DNA of 51,424 nt from Lama guanicoe (taxonomy: Eukaryota). The stretch covers positions 62,001 to 113,424 of the forward strand of contig MU053860.1 of the NCBI GenBank assembly GCA_013239625.1, written 5' to 3'. The notes below the pieces were generated by a model. It was not told the DNA's origin and searched no databases. It saw nothing but the letters and a program-made list of their open reading frames with translations. A program made the translations under genes and the position numbers. Every line of letters starts with the position of its first letter. Positions within the stretch are counted from its first letter, which is position 1. This document shows, piece after piece, positions 38,926-50,980 of this stretch.

Positions 38926-39550
38926 TGATAGAAGAAAAAAAAAAACCTGAGACATGAGGTCTGAGTCCCAGTCTTTGATTGAGCCCCTGGGATGTGCCCC
39001 ACCAGATGTGGGTCCTTGGCTTCATGCAGAAAAGAATTCAAGAGCAAGCCACTGTTGAATATAAGTATATTTATTCAGAGAGATACATTGAAAGGCAAGA
39101 GAAAGGCCACAAGGTGTGGGGGTTGGATGCTCAGATTAAAAGTAGATGCACACTCCACAGACAGATTGTGGGCCTTCTCCGTAGAGGGAGAGAGAGCGGT
39201 GACCTCTTGGTGGCACTGGGTTGCTGGTTTTCATGGTCTTGGTGGTTTCATATGCTAATAAGTAGAAGGACCAGCCTAAGGGGAAGGGGCTGGGATTCCC
39301 AGGGAGTTGGCCATTTCCCACCCTTTGACATTTTGTGGCTAGACTTGGGACTGCCATGGTGCCTGGGGTTGTATTATTCACCATGTTACTATTACAATGG
39401 GTGTATAATGAAGCTCAGGATCTGCTTTAAGTTAAATCTCTTCATCCTGAGCCTCAAGGCCTATTGGGGGTTGAATCCTTCACCATTTTGATGTGAATTG
39501 CTGTGGCCTTCTTTGAATGTCTGTGCTCTGACCCCTTCCATCCTGTCTCA
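38926..39550 (-). mobile_element. Solo LTR, ERV1 class (~620 bp)
   Basis: gatgtgggtccttggcttcatgcagaaaagaattcaagagcaagcc...tttatt...catatgctaat (octamer)...cctgtctca is typical reverse-oriented ERV1 LTR sequence. The TSD is not clear, so the left end is approximate. Confidence 0.75.
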
Positions 39551-39749
39551 CTGTGATTACACAGAGAGCAAAGGCCGGGCCCTGCCTGTGCTCCTGCATT
39601 TAACAGGGAGAGGGGTGGGGTGGGCTGAGGATGACTCTGAGTGGTGAGAAGGATGTTTCAGATTTTCCCACGTGGGACATGGGGACCTGCCAGCAGCCAC
39701 TGGAGATTTATCTCACAGGCATTATGGCTTCTGTCACACATCTTTTTCT

Positions 39750-39954
39750 ATTTTTCTTTTTTTTTATGTATTTAATCTAAATTTACTATCAGGTTTTTTA
39801 GGAAAGAAATTTCTCTTTTTGTTTCCTTTTCGGTTCTTTTGCAGGGGGTAGGTAATTAGGTGTATTTATCTGTTAGTGGAGGCCCTGGGGCTTGAACCCA
39901 TGACCTCGTGCATGCTAAGCACAAGCTCTACCACTGAGCTCTTCCACCCACCCC
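39750..39954 (-). mobile_element. Vic-1-type tRNA-Ala SINE with extended 3' tail
   Basis: Reverse complement gctcagtggtagagcttgtgcttagcatgcacgaggtcatgggttcaagccccagggcctcca...cctaattacctaccccc. Candidate TSD catctttttct at 39739-39749 and from ~39957. Confidence 0.85.
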
Positions 39955-40086
39955 ATCATCTTTTTCTTTTTGCTTTAGCTGCCAAGAATCTTAACGACCT
40001 CGTGCATGCTAAGCACAAGCTCTACCACTGAGCTCTTCCACCCCCCCATCATCTTTTTCTTTTTGCTTTAGCTGCCAAGAATCTTA
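39902..40086. repeat. Tandem duplication of ~92 bp (SINE head plus unique flank)
   Basis: 39902-39993 and 39996-40086 are identical apart from a 1-nt indel. Confidence 0.95.
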
Positions 40087-40409
40087 CAGCTGAATTTCTA
40101 GTCGGCCTTTAACACTTACCCTGACTTCATGGCATGCATTTTTATGACTTTACCTCCCCCTGGTTTCATTTAAGTATTGAATCTCCATTTTCTCTTCACT
40201 CTCACTTTTGTCTTTTTGTTTTTATGGTTGTTAAGCTGTGTTTAAAAAATTGTTTAATTTCTTTTTTAGCAGGAGGCTGAAAGTAAATAAATATGTAAAC
40301 AAACTTATCACACTTAAATGCTTTTATACATTCTAAGCTGTTTAGTAGTTACTTAAAAACAGAATTGAATACTAAAGTGATAATATTTTTAAATAATTTT
40401 GTAACTTTT

Positions 40410-40580
40410 TATAAAGTTATAGCTGATTTACAATATGATATAAGTTTCAGGTGTACAATAGATGCACAATTTTTAATATTATGCTCCATTTATAGTTACT
40501 GTAAAACATTGGCTCTATACCCTGTGTTGTAAGATACATCCCTGTGGCCTGTTTATGTTACACGGAGCAGTTTGTATAAG
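40410..40580 (-). mobile_element. Short L1 3' end fragment
   Basis: ttatagctgatttacaatatgatataagtttcaggtgtacaa...aaaacattggctctataccctgtgttgtaagatacatccctg is a typical L1 3'UTR terminus. Confidence 0.7.
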
Positions 40581-41048
40581 AAATTTGGGTAACACAGAGT
40601 CTGGGATGTGGCTCTGTCTGACCCAGGTTCATGGTTACCCTGACTGTCAGAGCCTAGGGCCTCACTCCTGTCTGCAGGGGAGTGAGTGGAGGCAGCTCTC
40701 ATCAGTGCTGGCACCACCCTCTCAGTAGCAGTGACAGCAGTGACTGTCTGTGGACGTGCAAAGTGTTGTTCCAGGAGCTTTACATGCATTTCTGCATTTA
40801 ATAGTTAAGGCACTCCTGTGAGGAATCGTTTTAGGTTTTATAATGAATAATACATTTTATTTTTATCTTGATAGACTTCAAACCTCCATAAAATTTACAG
40901 GAGTAGTACAATGAATGCTTAGATACAGTTCACCTAAAAGGGCTGTATTTGCCCTTTTGTGTCTGGCTTATTTAAGCATAAGGTTTCAAGATTCATACAT
41001 GTTGTAGCCTGAATCACTAATTTATTCTTTTGGTTTAATAATATGTTT

Positions 41049-42509
41049 TTTTCTTTTTTTTTGTTTTTAGTGTTTTTAAAAATATTTTCATTGAAGTCTA
41101 GACAGTTTAATATTGCATCAGTTTCTTGTTTACAGCACAACACTTCAGTTATATAGGAACATACATGTATTTATTTTCATATTCTTATTCAACATAAGTT
41201 CTTATAAGATATTAAATATATTTCCCTTTGTTATACAGTATAAATTTGCTGTCTATTCTATACATACTCAAAATCTGCAAATCTTGAACTCCCAATTTAT
41301 CACTTCCCACACCTTCTCAAGTCTTGTAACCATAGTTTGCTTTCTACGTCTCTGTGTCTATTTCTGTTCTGTAGATAAGTTTGTCTTTTCTTGTTTTGTT
41401 TTTTGTTGTTTTTTTTTAGATTCCACATATGAGCGATCTCATATGGTATTTTTCTTTCACTTTCTGGCTAACTTCACTTAGAATGACACTCTCCAGGTCC
41501 ATTCATTTTGCTGCAAATGGCATTATTTTTTTTTAATGGCTGAGTAGTAGTCTATTGTATAAATATACAATAACCTCTTTATCCAGTCATCTGTCAGTGG
41601 ACATTTAGGTTGTTTCCATGTCTTGGCTACTGTAAATAGTGCTGCTGTGAACATTTGGGGGATGTGTCTTTTTGAATTAGTGTTCCTTCTGGATATATGC
41701 CCAGGAGTGGGATTGCTGGGTCATATGGGAAGTCAATTTTTTGTCTTTTGAGGAATCTCCATCCTGTTTTCCACAATGGCTCCACCAAACTTCATTTCCA
41801 GCACAGTGTAGGAGGGTTCACTTTTCTCCAAAGCCTCTCCAGCATTTATTATTTGTGAACTTCTGAATAATGGCTATTCTGACTGGTGTGAGGTGATACT
41901 TGATTGTAGTTTTGATTTGCATTTCTCTGATAATGATATTGAGCATTTTTTCATGTTCCTATTGGCCATTGGTAGGGTTTCAATGGAGAAATGTTTGTTT
42001 AGGTTTCTGCACATTTTTGGATTGAATTGTTTGTTTTTCTTTCTTATCAAGTGTAAAAGCTGTTTATATATTCTGTGAATTAAGCCCTTGTCGGTCTCAT
42101 TTATTGCAAATATTTTCTCCCATTCCATATGTTGTCTTTTTGTTTTGCTTAATGTTTCTTTTGCTGTGCAAAAGCTTGTAAGTTTAATTAGATTCCACTT
42201 ATATATTTATGCTTTTATTTCTATTGCTTGAGTAGGCTACTCTAGGATATCATTGCTGAGATGTATGTCAGATGTTTTACTTATGATTTCTTCAAAGATG
42301 TTTATAGTATCTTGTCTACATGTTTAAGTCTTTAAGCGATTTTGAATTTATTTTTGTGTATGCTGTGATGGAGTAGCCTAACTTCATTGATTTACATGCA
42401 GCTGTCCAGTTTTCCTTACACCGATGCTGAAGAGGCTGTCTTTACTGCATTGTATGTTCTCACCTCCTTTGTCAAAGATTAAATGACCAACAGTTTGGGG
42501 GACTATTCT
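41049..42509 (-). mobile_element. 5'-truncated L1 of an older lineage-specific subfamily, inserted into an ancient L1
   Basis: Homologous to the ORF2 3' end of the 12778-19866 element ([24 protein letters not shown]) but with a different 3'UTR and many disablements. Confidence 0.9.
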
Positions 42510-44100
42510 TGATAATTTTGTTTATCCATTCATTGATGAATGGATATTGTTTGGCTACTCTGAATGATACTGCTATGAATATTGATGTGCAAGTTTTTGT
42601 GAGAATATGTTTTCATTCTCTTGGCTGTACAGTTGGCCCACTATATCTGTAGTTTCCACTTCATAGATACAAATGGCTGATTGTAAAGGGACTTGAACAT
42701 CCTTGGATTATGGTATCCAGGGTGGGGTGTTCCTGAAACCAACCCTCCGAGGATACTGAGGGATGACTCTATATGTAGAAGTGGAATTGCTGAGCCATAT
42801 GATAACTCTAACCTTTTGAGGAAACACCAGACTTTTCCAAAGAAGCTGCACCATTGTCTCTTTCCACTGGCTGCACCTGAGGGTTCCCATTTCTCTGCCT
42901 CCTGAAAGACACTTTTTATTGTCCATGTTTTGATTATAACCATCCTAGTGGGTGTAAAATGAGATCTCATTTTGATTTAGATTTGGCTAGTGATGCTGAG
43001 CGTCTTTTCATATGCTTATTGGCAATATGTGTATCTTTTTAAATCCTTGGCAAATTTAAAAATTGGGTCGATTTTCTTGTATTGTTCAATTGTAAACATT
43101 TGTTATATATCCTAGATACTAGTCTCTTAAACGATACATGCTTTGCAAATTTTTTCTCCGATTCTGCAGATTGTCATTTCAATTTACTTTTTGTAAATGT
43201 TAAAACAATGTCTTTATATGGGAGATAATTAGATTTATTGATTTATTTTTTTTTGCCAAGCACACAATCTATCACTTGACCTACCCCCTTCCCCTGTCAT
43301 TTCACTTTCTTGATGATGTCCTTTGTAACAAAAAGATTTTAATTTTTATGAAGTCCAGTTTATCTGTTATTTCTTCTACTAATTGTGCTCTTGGTATTGT
43401 ATCTAGGAAACCACAGCCTATCCTCAGACCACATAGATTTATACTATGTCTTCTTTTAGAAAGTTTATAGGTTTAGTTTTTACATTTCTGTCTGTGATAC
43501 ATTTTGAATTAATTTTTATTTGTTATATACAATGGGGGGTTCAGATTCCAGATTCATTCTTTTGCCTCCAGATACACAGGTGTCCCTGCATCATTTGTTG
43601 AATAGACTATTTTTTTCACAGGAGTGTTGTTGGCACCCTTGTGGTAAACTGACTGTAAATGTAAGTTATTTCCCCCTGAATTTTTATTTTGTCTCATAGA
43701 TTTATGTATCCAAACTTATGCCAGGACAATACTGACTTGAGTACTATAGCTTTGAAGTAATATTTAAAGGGAGTCCTCCAACTTTGTTCTACTTTTTCTA
43801 GATTATTTTGGCTGTCCTGGGCCCCTTGAAATTCCATATGAATTTTGGGATCAGTTTTTCAATTTTTCCAAAGAAGTCAACTGGAATTTTGATAGGGATT
43901 CCATTGACCTGGTAGATCACTTTGGGGAGTTTTAACATTTTTAACAATATTGCCTACCATTCCATAAACATGGGATGTCTTCCATATATGAAGATCTTTG
44001 AAATTTTTTTCAGTAATACTTCAAAGTGTTCAATGTACATATCTTGTAAATTTTTGTTAAATGTTTCTCTCACTTTATTTTTAATGCTGTTGTAAATGGA
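42510..44100 (-). mobile_element. Ancient L1 (L1MB-like) ORF2 3' region; its 3'UTR part lies at ~40930-41045
   Basis: ORF MRSHFTPTRMVIIKT... and continuous degenerate L1 ORF2 motifs up to ~44100. Confidence 0.8.
42630..42769 (-). mobile_element. MER2-like TcMar-Tigger MITE, internally deleted
   Basis: TIRs cagttggcccactatatc and gatactgagggatgactc, flanked by TA. Reverse complement matches the MER2 ends (ggatgttcaagtccctt). Interrupts the host L1. Confidence 0.85.
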
Positions 44101-44769
44101 AAGGCTGAGCTTATTAAGGGTGGGACTATATATAGATTTGTTTATTTCTAGGATTCCTGCACAGCAAATACCCTAGGTTTATATTTGCTACATAAATCTA
44201 TCGACAACTCTTCCCACCCCCTTGTTATAAGAAACCAAGACCCAGGTAAAGCTAAATGAATACCAATGTGGAAGTGAGAAATGAGACCCTTGGGTGGGGC
44301 TTTGTGCAGATGATACTGAGAGCTTATTCAGGATGGCTTCATCTTAATTTCTTTTAAACAACCCTTTTGGTGTATTTAGTCAGATACATTAAGAACATGC
44401 CATTTTGCTGTGCAGAGGAGCTAAGACTATCATTTTCATATAATTTCTAGTGAGAGTGATGTACTTGAAACCTAATTTGCATCAATTTTTTAAGTTCTAT
44501 GTTTCAGGAGCTTTGATGAAAGAACATCTGTCCTTATTCAATAAATACAACTAAATGCTCAAGCAACATGTAAGAGTTTGAGCAAACTGCCCCTGTCCCA
44601 TATTGCTGGTTGGCTGCAGCTGTAAATGGAGTCAGCGCTCACCTCTCCCAGTATGCTTGTGCTGATCTGCTCAAAGGGGTTCGTCCAACAATTTGTCTGT
44701 AGTCTGTTGGACAAAGCCATAAAACATTGATATAAGATTGCTGGAATGGAATATATTCTTATTAACATT

Positions 44770-44900
44770 AAGTAAGCACATATTGAGTGCTTATTGTATG
44801 TTGGGTATTGTCCCTCAGCCTCACATGAATATTATTTCTCTTAAAACCTCACATATTTCCTTGTTATTTCCACTTTACAGATAAGGAGACTGAGGATTAG
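44770..44900 (-). mobile_element. MIR fragment
   Basis: tattgagtgcttattgtatgttgggtattgt...ccactttacagataaggagactgagg. Confidence 0.75.
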
Positions 44901-45364
44901 GTCTTCTCTCTTTTGGGGGAGCTCATTATCAATGACTGGAAGTTGTAAGGGAAAAGATATTGATTCATTGTGAGAAAACATTTTTCTGAGAGTCAGCATT
45001 GAAGAGGGTGACCACTGATGAGTGTGATAATTGTTCGAATGAGATGAGCCCCGGGTTATACGGAGTCAGCATCCCTGTCAAGGACATGGCACGTGTAGAA
45101 CTGCATGGTGGGTGAGGTGGCACGGCCACCCAGGGAACGAGGATGCCGGGCCGTTGGGCTGTGCTCAGGCCCAGTGGGGCTTTCTCTTAAGGGCACTGGA
45201 CCATCATTAACAAATTTTAACTAGGGGAGTGGGGTGCTCTCGTAGATCACTTTTGTGCTTGTAGAATGCTTGGAAACATTTAGAAGGCTTGGCAGCAGGT
45301 GATGTGATGAGTCAGAATATGGTGGCTGCGAGATGTAGCAGTGTTCAATTTTCAAGTGGTTTTC

Positions 45365-45560
45365 AGTCCCAGGTTTGTGGCTCAGTAAGCTGTGTCACTT
45401 TTGTTGATGCAGTCAAGGAAGTGAAACAATTTATCTAATCAATTGAAGCAGTGATGCACCGACTTCCCAGGACTGCTGTGGAGATCCAGTGAGATAATGT
45501 GTGCACACTGTGCAGTGTGGTCCCCAGCGCAGAGTCAGTGCTGAGTGAGTGCCAGTGAGT
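45365..45560 (+). mobile_element. MIR fragment
   Basis: cagtcccagg...ctcagtaagctgtgtcactt...cttcccaggactgctgtggagatccagtgagataatgtgtg...agagtcagtgctgagtgagtg. Confidence 0.6.
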
Positions 45561-48500
45561 ACCTGGTAGGACAGGTGTGGGTGGTGGGACTCAGTGACTG
45601 AGGAAATCTGGGCCCTGAAGGAGGGGTCCAGTCACATCTGTGAGTGATGGGCCTGAGCTGGGAGGGAAAGGGAGACCTTTCCCCCAGACCAGGGGCCCTG
45701 AGCAGGACGACTATGGGAGGAACATCGTGAAGTCAGCTCTGTGCAGGGAGAGTTTGAGGTGCCCTTGACACACCTAAGTGCAGTGTCACAAGCTCACAGA
45801 GGAGGTCTGGGCCCAGGCTGTGCATTTTCCTATAATCTCAATCCCTGAGGACTCTGAGGAATTGATCACTGAACGTGAAGACATACTTTAAGGACAAGTG
45901 AATAGTAGTATCATCTCTGTCATCAAAGCTCACGTCTCTTTATTCATCACTCACTTTGATAATTTGGTACCTACAGAGCTCACTTCACCGCCCTCCCCTG
46001 GGCTCAGGCTCCACAGTAAAGACCTGGTGAGCCTCCCTCTTTTCCAGAAGACACATTTAGCTGGTATCCTTCTATACCTCGTCAGACTTAGAATTTTAGT
46101 TTGTTGTTTTAATTCTATTTTCTGTTGGCCATCTCCTGACAGGAGAGAATTTTTTCCTCATGGTCATGTTTCAATTAGCTGTTAATGAGAATTGCTGATC
46201 TGATCCATAGTTTATGCATTTTATTAACTTTGTAGAGTACTTATCATTTTTCTGTCTTGCCCTTTAATTTTGTTTGCCCCTTGAATGTTCTATCCTATTT
46301 GAGGCCTTATTTTTTTTAATTTAAAAATGTCTGTAAGCAGTTAAGAAAACAAAAGAAAAGAAAAAATGCACATGATTCCTAAATTTAGAAAATATCTGGT
46401 GTGTTTTCTGTCTCAGCAATGGAGGGTTCTAGAAACTCGTGAAAACCTTCATTACACAAGTTCCTTAAAATGCTGAATAAGAAATGAAACCTTCCTTCCT
46501 CATTTTTCAAGCTGCACAGCTAATTGTCAAGAAAGTGAGGGGAAATCCTCAGAAGAAAAGACAACCCAGAAAGCAGGGATTCTGGGAGGTAAGGGAGCCT
46601 TAGAAATCCTGAGGTGCCAGTAAGTTCCTGAACTGAGTTTCAGTTGCCCTGTCAGGAGAGCCCCAGGCCTCTCACACTGGGGGTTGGATGGCTGATCCTA
46701 TGTAAGGCCAAACACATCCTGAGAGACCTGCTTTACTAAAGGGTGAGTTAGAAAGAAAAAAAAAATTCCCCAAGGCAAGGAAGTAAGGAAATTCAATTTT
46801 ACTGGAAGAGGGGAAAAATAACAAATCCAAAGTAAGAATTTAGTTTAAAGCTGTTCTGGCATGAGAGTGACCACAAACCCCTGGCCGAAAAGCACAGCTC
46901 TTCCTGGAATGAGAAGTTGTGTTTGGAATGAATCAGTGAACAGCCATACCGAAAAAGACCTCCAGAGTCTTGTGGATCAAGATACTGGACCCAAACACCT
47001 CTATTCCAGGGTCTCATTTAAATAACCAGGAAGGTTTTAATGGAAAGAAGCCATAATCATAGTTCTGTTTATTGACATTACTATATGCTAGGATTTCAGA
47101 GGTGACTATGGAGTTGTCTCCTCTTTTATGGACCTTAGTTTCTGTTTTGCATATGCACTGACATAGTTGGGGAACTTGGTGAAGGGAGGTGTTAGTCTAT
47201 TGCAATTAGCCAGGAGAGGAGATTACTAAAACAGTGAAGGGTGGGTGACATTTTTAGCTGAGGACAGTCTTGTTTAGTTGGCTTTTAATTACAGGCTCGA
47301 AGAGTTGTCACTGGAGGGAATTGATCTTACGGAGAATAGACTTAGCTCAGTTCTCTTCAGAATGGACAAGTGAAACTGGAGAAAGACAATCAAATCTGTG
47401 CAGACATTTAAGTCCACATTAATGTGCTCTATCCCTGAGCCAAAGATACGACAAGTAGGCAGCAATTCTTTAGGACAGAGGAGTGGTTTTTAAGATTCTT
47501 GAATAATGAATCCCAGGGAACCGGGGTGAACAGTTGTCAAACAGTCAGTTTGCACTTTGGACGGTATATCCACCAAGAGTATTGGCTGTTTATAGGTTTT
47601 CATTTCTCTTTAATACATGTCAGTTGCTGAGGACGTGGGCACAAGTGTTTGACACCTTGTCGAGGTGATTATGGGTACCTGCATAGGAACGCGGTCACAG
47701 CTGTGCTGCTTCATACATCTTGCTGCCCATCACGTTCCCCGGCTCTGTGATCACAGTAGAGTGGTTTCTTGTTGACCTGACCGTCTCCTCTGTGACATCA
47801 TAACCCACCAAGGACCAGAGCATATTAACTTGGCTTTGTTCTTTACCATCCTCCTCTTTGAATGATGATGACTGATAGTGGACTCAGTTTTGTTAGCAGA
47901 TGTTTTACAAGTAGGTCCCTCAGTACAAACTATGTAATCTCCGCTTTGTGATCTAGAGAAGAAAGTTACATTCATTCCAAATTGTTTTGATGCACTTATG
48001 TGTGAAATTGGTGTAAGATTGAACATGTAGTTCCTCTCTGAATAATCATGGCAAGAGAGGAATGTGGGTAGATATGGAATGTGCTTCCTGTACTTCAATG
48101 TATGGTCCCCTAATTTCACCCCAGCATTTTAAAGTCATCACTGGAGTGCTACCACCATACTGCCCCAAAGCATTCACCACTGCCTGTTCTTCAGACACTG
48201 TGACTTTCAAAGTTGGAGAAGGCTGCTGGCTGGTGAGGCATTCTCTGGCACATCTCTGGCTGACTGATGTGGGCTTAGCACCCAAGACTTGGAAGAGAGT
48301 AACTAACCACTATCACGTCAATTCCTTGAACAATCATGGAGGATTTTACACCTATGCTAGTGGCATACGTTATTTCATTTAGTTTTCCCAACAATCATAA
48401 TTAGATTTTATCCCCTGTATTAATAAGGAAACTGTCAAAGCGAGTGACGTGCAGACTTTGGACTGGAAATCGGGTCTTTCTGATTCCTGTCTCTGTTCCC

Positions 48501-49567
48501 TCCCCGGATCCTTCCAAAAGGAGACTCTTCCTCTGTCTTGAGTTTCCTGCTGATGTTACCACTCTGTTTGTTTCTAGGAGAGGAAAGCAAGTCTAAACTT
48601 ACTTTCCAGTTGGAAATGGAATGGAGAGTTGACGTTGGAAGCCAGGAGAGTCTGTCCTGTGATGAAGCAGTCTCTGAGCCACATCCACTGGGACGTCACA
48701 TCACTATCTGGGCCCCTTGCTCAGCCTGTGCACAGGTGACAGTGCAGATGTGCCGAGCACTCCTCCCGGACAGGACAGAGGTTTGGAAATGAGTTTGGGG
48801 ATTTGGTTTCATTTCATAGGTTCCTGAGGTTCTTGGCCTGGCACTTCGAGTGGGACCATTGCCTGTCCCACAGACTCATGTTCTGGGCCCGTGCATACCT
48901 GACGTTGCCTCAACCTGAGGCTCAGGGCCCGTGGTGATGAGGAGCATTTTAATCCAGGGTCTGCCAGCGGCTCTGACAGTTCTGAGCTGTGAGAGGTTGT
49001 CCAGGATGATAATAATTCCTCCCCGAGTTTCAGATTTCCTTGCCTGTGAGCCAGGGTAGTAATAGTTTCTGAGATGATTGTAATGATTCAATAAGGGGCT
49101 AAGCATGTGCGGGCAAGTAGCTGGTGCTTAAGGAGCAGAAGTCGCAGTCACTCTGTCAGCCTCTCACTGTGTGCTCTGTGCTTTGAGAGGTTGTGTGTTT
49201 GGTGAAAGTCCTGCACAATTCCTAGGGTCTATATGAACTGTTGTTCCTTTACTTTCCCTTGCTTTCCCTCTTTCCCTTGTCTGGGTCTCATGTGTAGGTA
49301 GCAGATTCCTCTGTTTCAGGGAATACGGGTCTTTCTAGTAAAAGGACAGGCTGAACGCAGAGAGTTGGGGCCCAGAGGGGGTCTGGAGACTCTGCACAGT
49401 GCTGCTTCCCTGCGTTTCTGCATCCGGTCCCGTCAGTGCACTAAGTCAACCTTCCTCTTCCTTCCTGTGTCATTGAGTGTCTGTTTTATGGGAAAACAAT
49501 TTTTACGTATCTTTTTTCAATGACATGTTTCTTTCAGATGCTTGTTGCTTTTCTCCCTGTGCTTCAG

Positions 49568-49781
49568 AGTTCCGAGGAGAGAATTCAGCAGTGCAGCATC
49601 CTCTCCGAGCTCAATGAGTTGATTGGCTTCCACTGCAAGTCCGCCTTCTTCAAGCGGGTGGCCCCCTTACAGCACACAGCCCCCGGCATCCTGAAGCCTG
49701 GCGGGAAGGCCTGCTACCTACTACTTCTGCAGAAGCTTCCTGGCTACAATCTGTCGCTGGATCTGCAGGACGTCAGCAAAG
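49568..49781 (+). pseudogene. TRAPPC9: TRAPPC9-like exon [72 protein letters not shown] (frame open)
   Basis: Lies within ORF 49520..49816. About 49/73 aa match the recalled [75 protein letters not shown] at 49566-49567, GT at 49782-49783, one codon deleted. Confidence 0.93.
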
Positions 49782-49884
49782 GTGTTGGAACTAAAATATT
49801 GCTTCAGTCCCATTAACCATGCCTGGTTTGGGCCCTGCTGTCCTGTCTTATCAGGGTGAATTCTGATTCATGTAGAATAAAGCA

Positions 49885-50072
49885 CAGCAGACTTTTTCTG
49901 TCAAGGGCTTGGGAGTAGATATTTCAGGGTCTGCAAACCTCCTGATCTCTGGTGCAGATGCTCAGCTCTGCTGTTCAGTCGCCAGAGTAGCTGGACAATC
50001 CACACACCCACAGAGCTATATTCACAGCAGTGGCTGGGGCTGGAATGGGTGTATGAACTGCAGTTTGTCCCC
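49885..50072. mobile_element. MER58A-like hAT-Charlie element
   Basis: cagcagactttttctgtcaagggc...agtagatatttcagg...ctcagctctgctgt...gcagtttgtcccc follows the MER58A consensus. Confidence 0.75.
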
Positions 50073-50980
50073 ACAGCCTCCTCACTATTGACACCTGCAC
50101 CTGAGCGTGCATTTGTGACAATGGGTGAACCTACACTGACATGTCATCATCACCCAGAGCCCATACTTGACACTAAGATGTACACTTGGTGGTGTACACT
50201 CTGTGGGTTTGGACAGATGTATAATGACACGTATCCACCATCACAGCATCATACAGAGTAGTCTGTCTTAGTGACCCTAAAAATGCTCCGTGCTGCACCT
50301 CATTCATTGCTCCTTCCCCTCTAGCCCCTGACAGCCACTGATCTTTTAGTCTCTGTGGTTTTGCCTTTCCCAGAACACCATACAGTTGGAATCACACAGT
50401 TGCAGAACCTTCCCAGATTGGCTTCTTCCACTTAGTAATGTGCATTTAAGGTTCCTGCATGTCTTTCCACGCCTTGATATCTCATTTCATTTTAGTATCA
50501 AATAATAGTCCATTTTCTGGCTGGACTACAGTTTATTCATCAATTCACCTACTGAAAAACAGCTTAGTTGCTTCTGAGTTCTGGTGATTATGAATAAAGC
50601 TGCTGTTAACATCTGTATGCAGATTTGTGTGTGGACATGTTTCCATTTCATCGAGTAAACACCAAGGAGCACAGATGCCGGTTCATATGTTAGGAGTACT
50701 TTTAGTTCTGTAAAAAATTGCCAAACGGTCTTCCAAAGTATCTGGGCCATTTTACATTCCCAGCAACAATGCATGAGAATCACTGTCGCTCTACATCCTC
50801 ACCAGCATTCGGTGCTGTCAGTGTTCTGCATTTTGGTAGTTCTGAAAGGTGTGCAATGGTACCTCACTGTTTCAGTCTGAATCCCCTTGATGAAAGATGC
50901 TGTGGAGCATTTTGTATAGAGTTGTTTGGCATCTAGATTTCTTCTTGGATGAGGTGTGTGTTCAGGCATTTTGCTCATAT
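50073..50980 (-). mobile_element. Old L1 3' end (L1MC-like)
   Basis: ORF ...HCCWECKMAQILWKTVWQFFTELK...AALFIITRT and 3'UTR motif gaacctacactgacatgtcatcatcaccca. Confidence 0.85.

Larger units (their letters stand above)
2459..49781 (+). pseudogene. TRAPPC9: Unprocessed TRAPPC9-like pseudogene; four exons in this window, likely extending beyond both ends
   Basis: Four AG/GT-bounded segments in the correct order translate to consecutive parts of TRAPPC9 as I recall it (AQEVLIDP, GALTTNGINPDTS...YYSK, YKNAG...NLRQ, LSEEEK...DFSRG). In-frame TAG at 10600-10602 and frameshifts in 24505-24631. Confidence 0.92.

Noticed and set aside
46400..46800. Possible ancient L1 5' region on the + strand
   Set aside because: The resemblance is too weak to support without a profile search.
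2459..49781. Functional TRAPPC9 gene or processed retrocopy
   Set aside because: The stop codon, frameshifts and high divergence argue against a functional gene. Large introns at the expected boundaries exclude a retrocopy.
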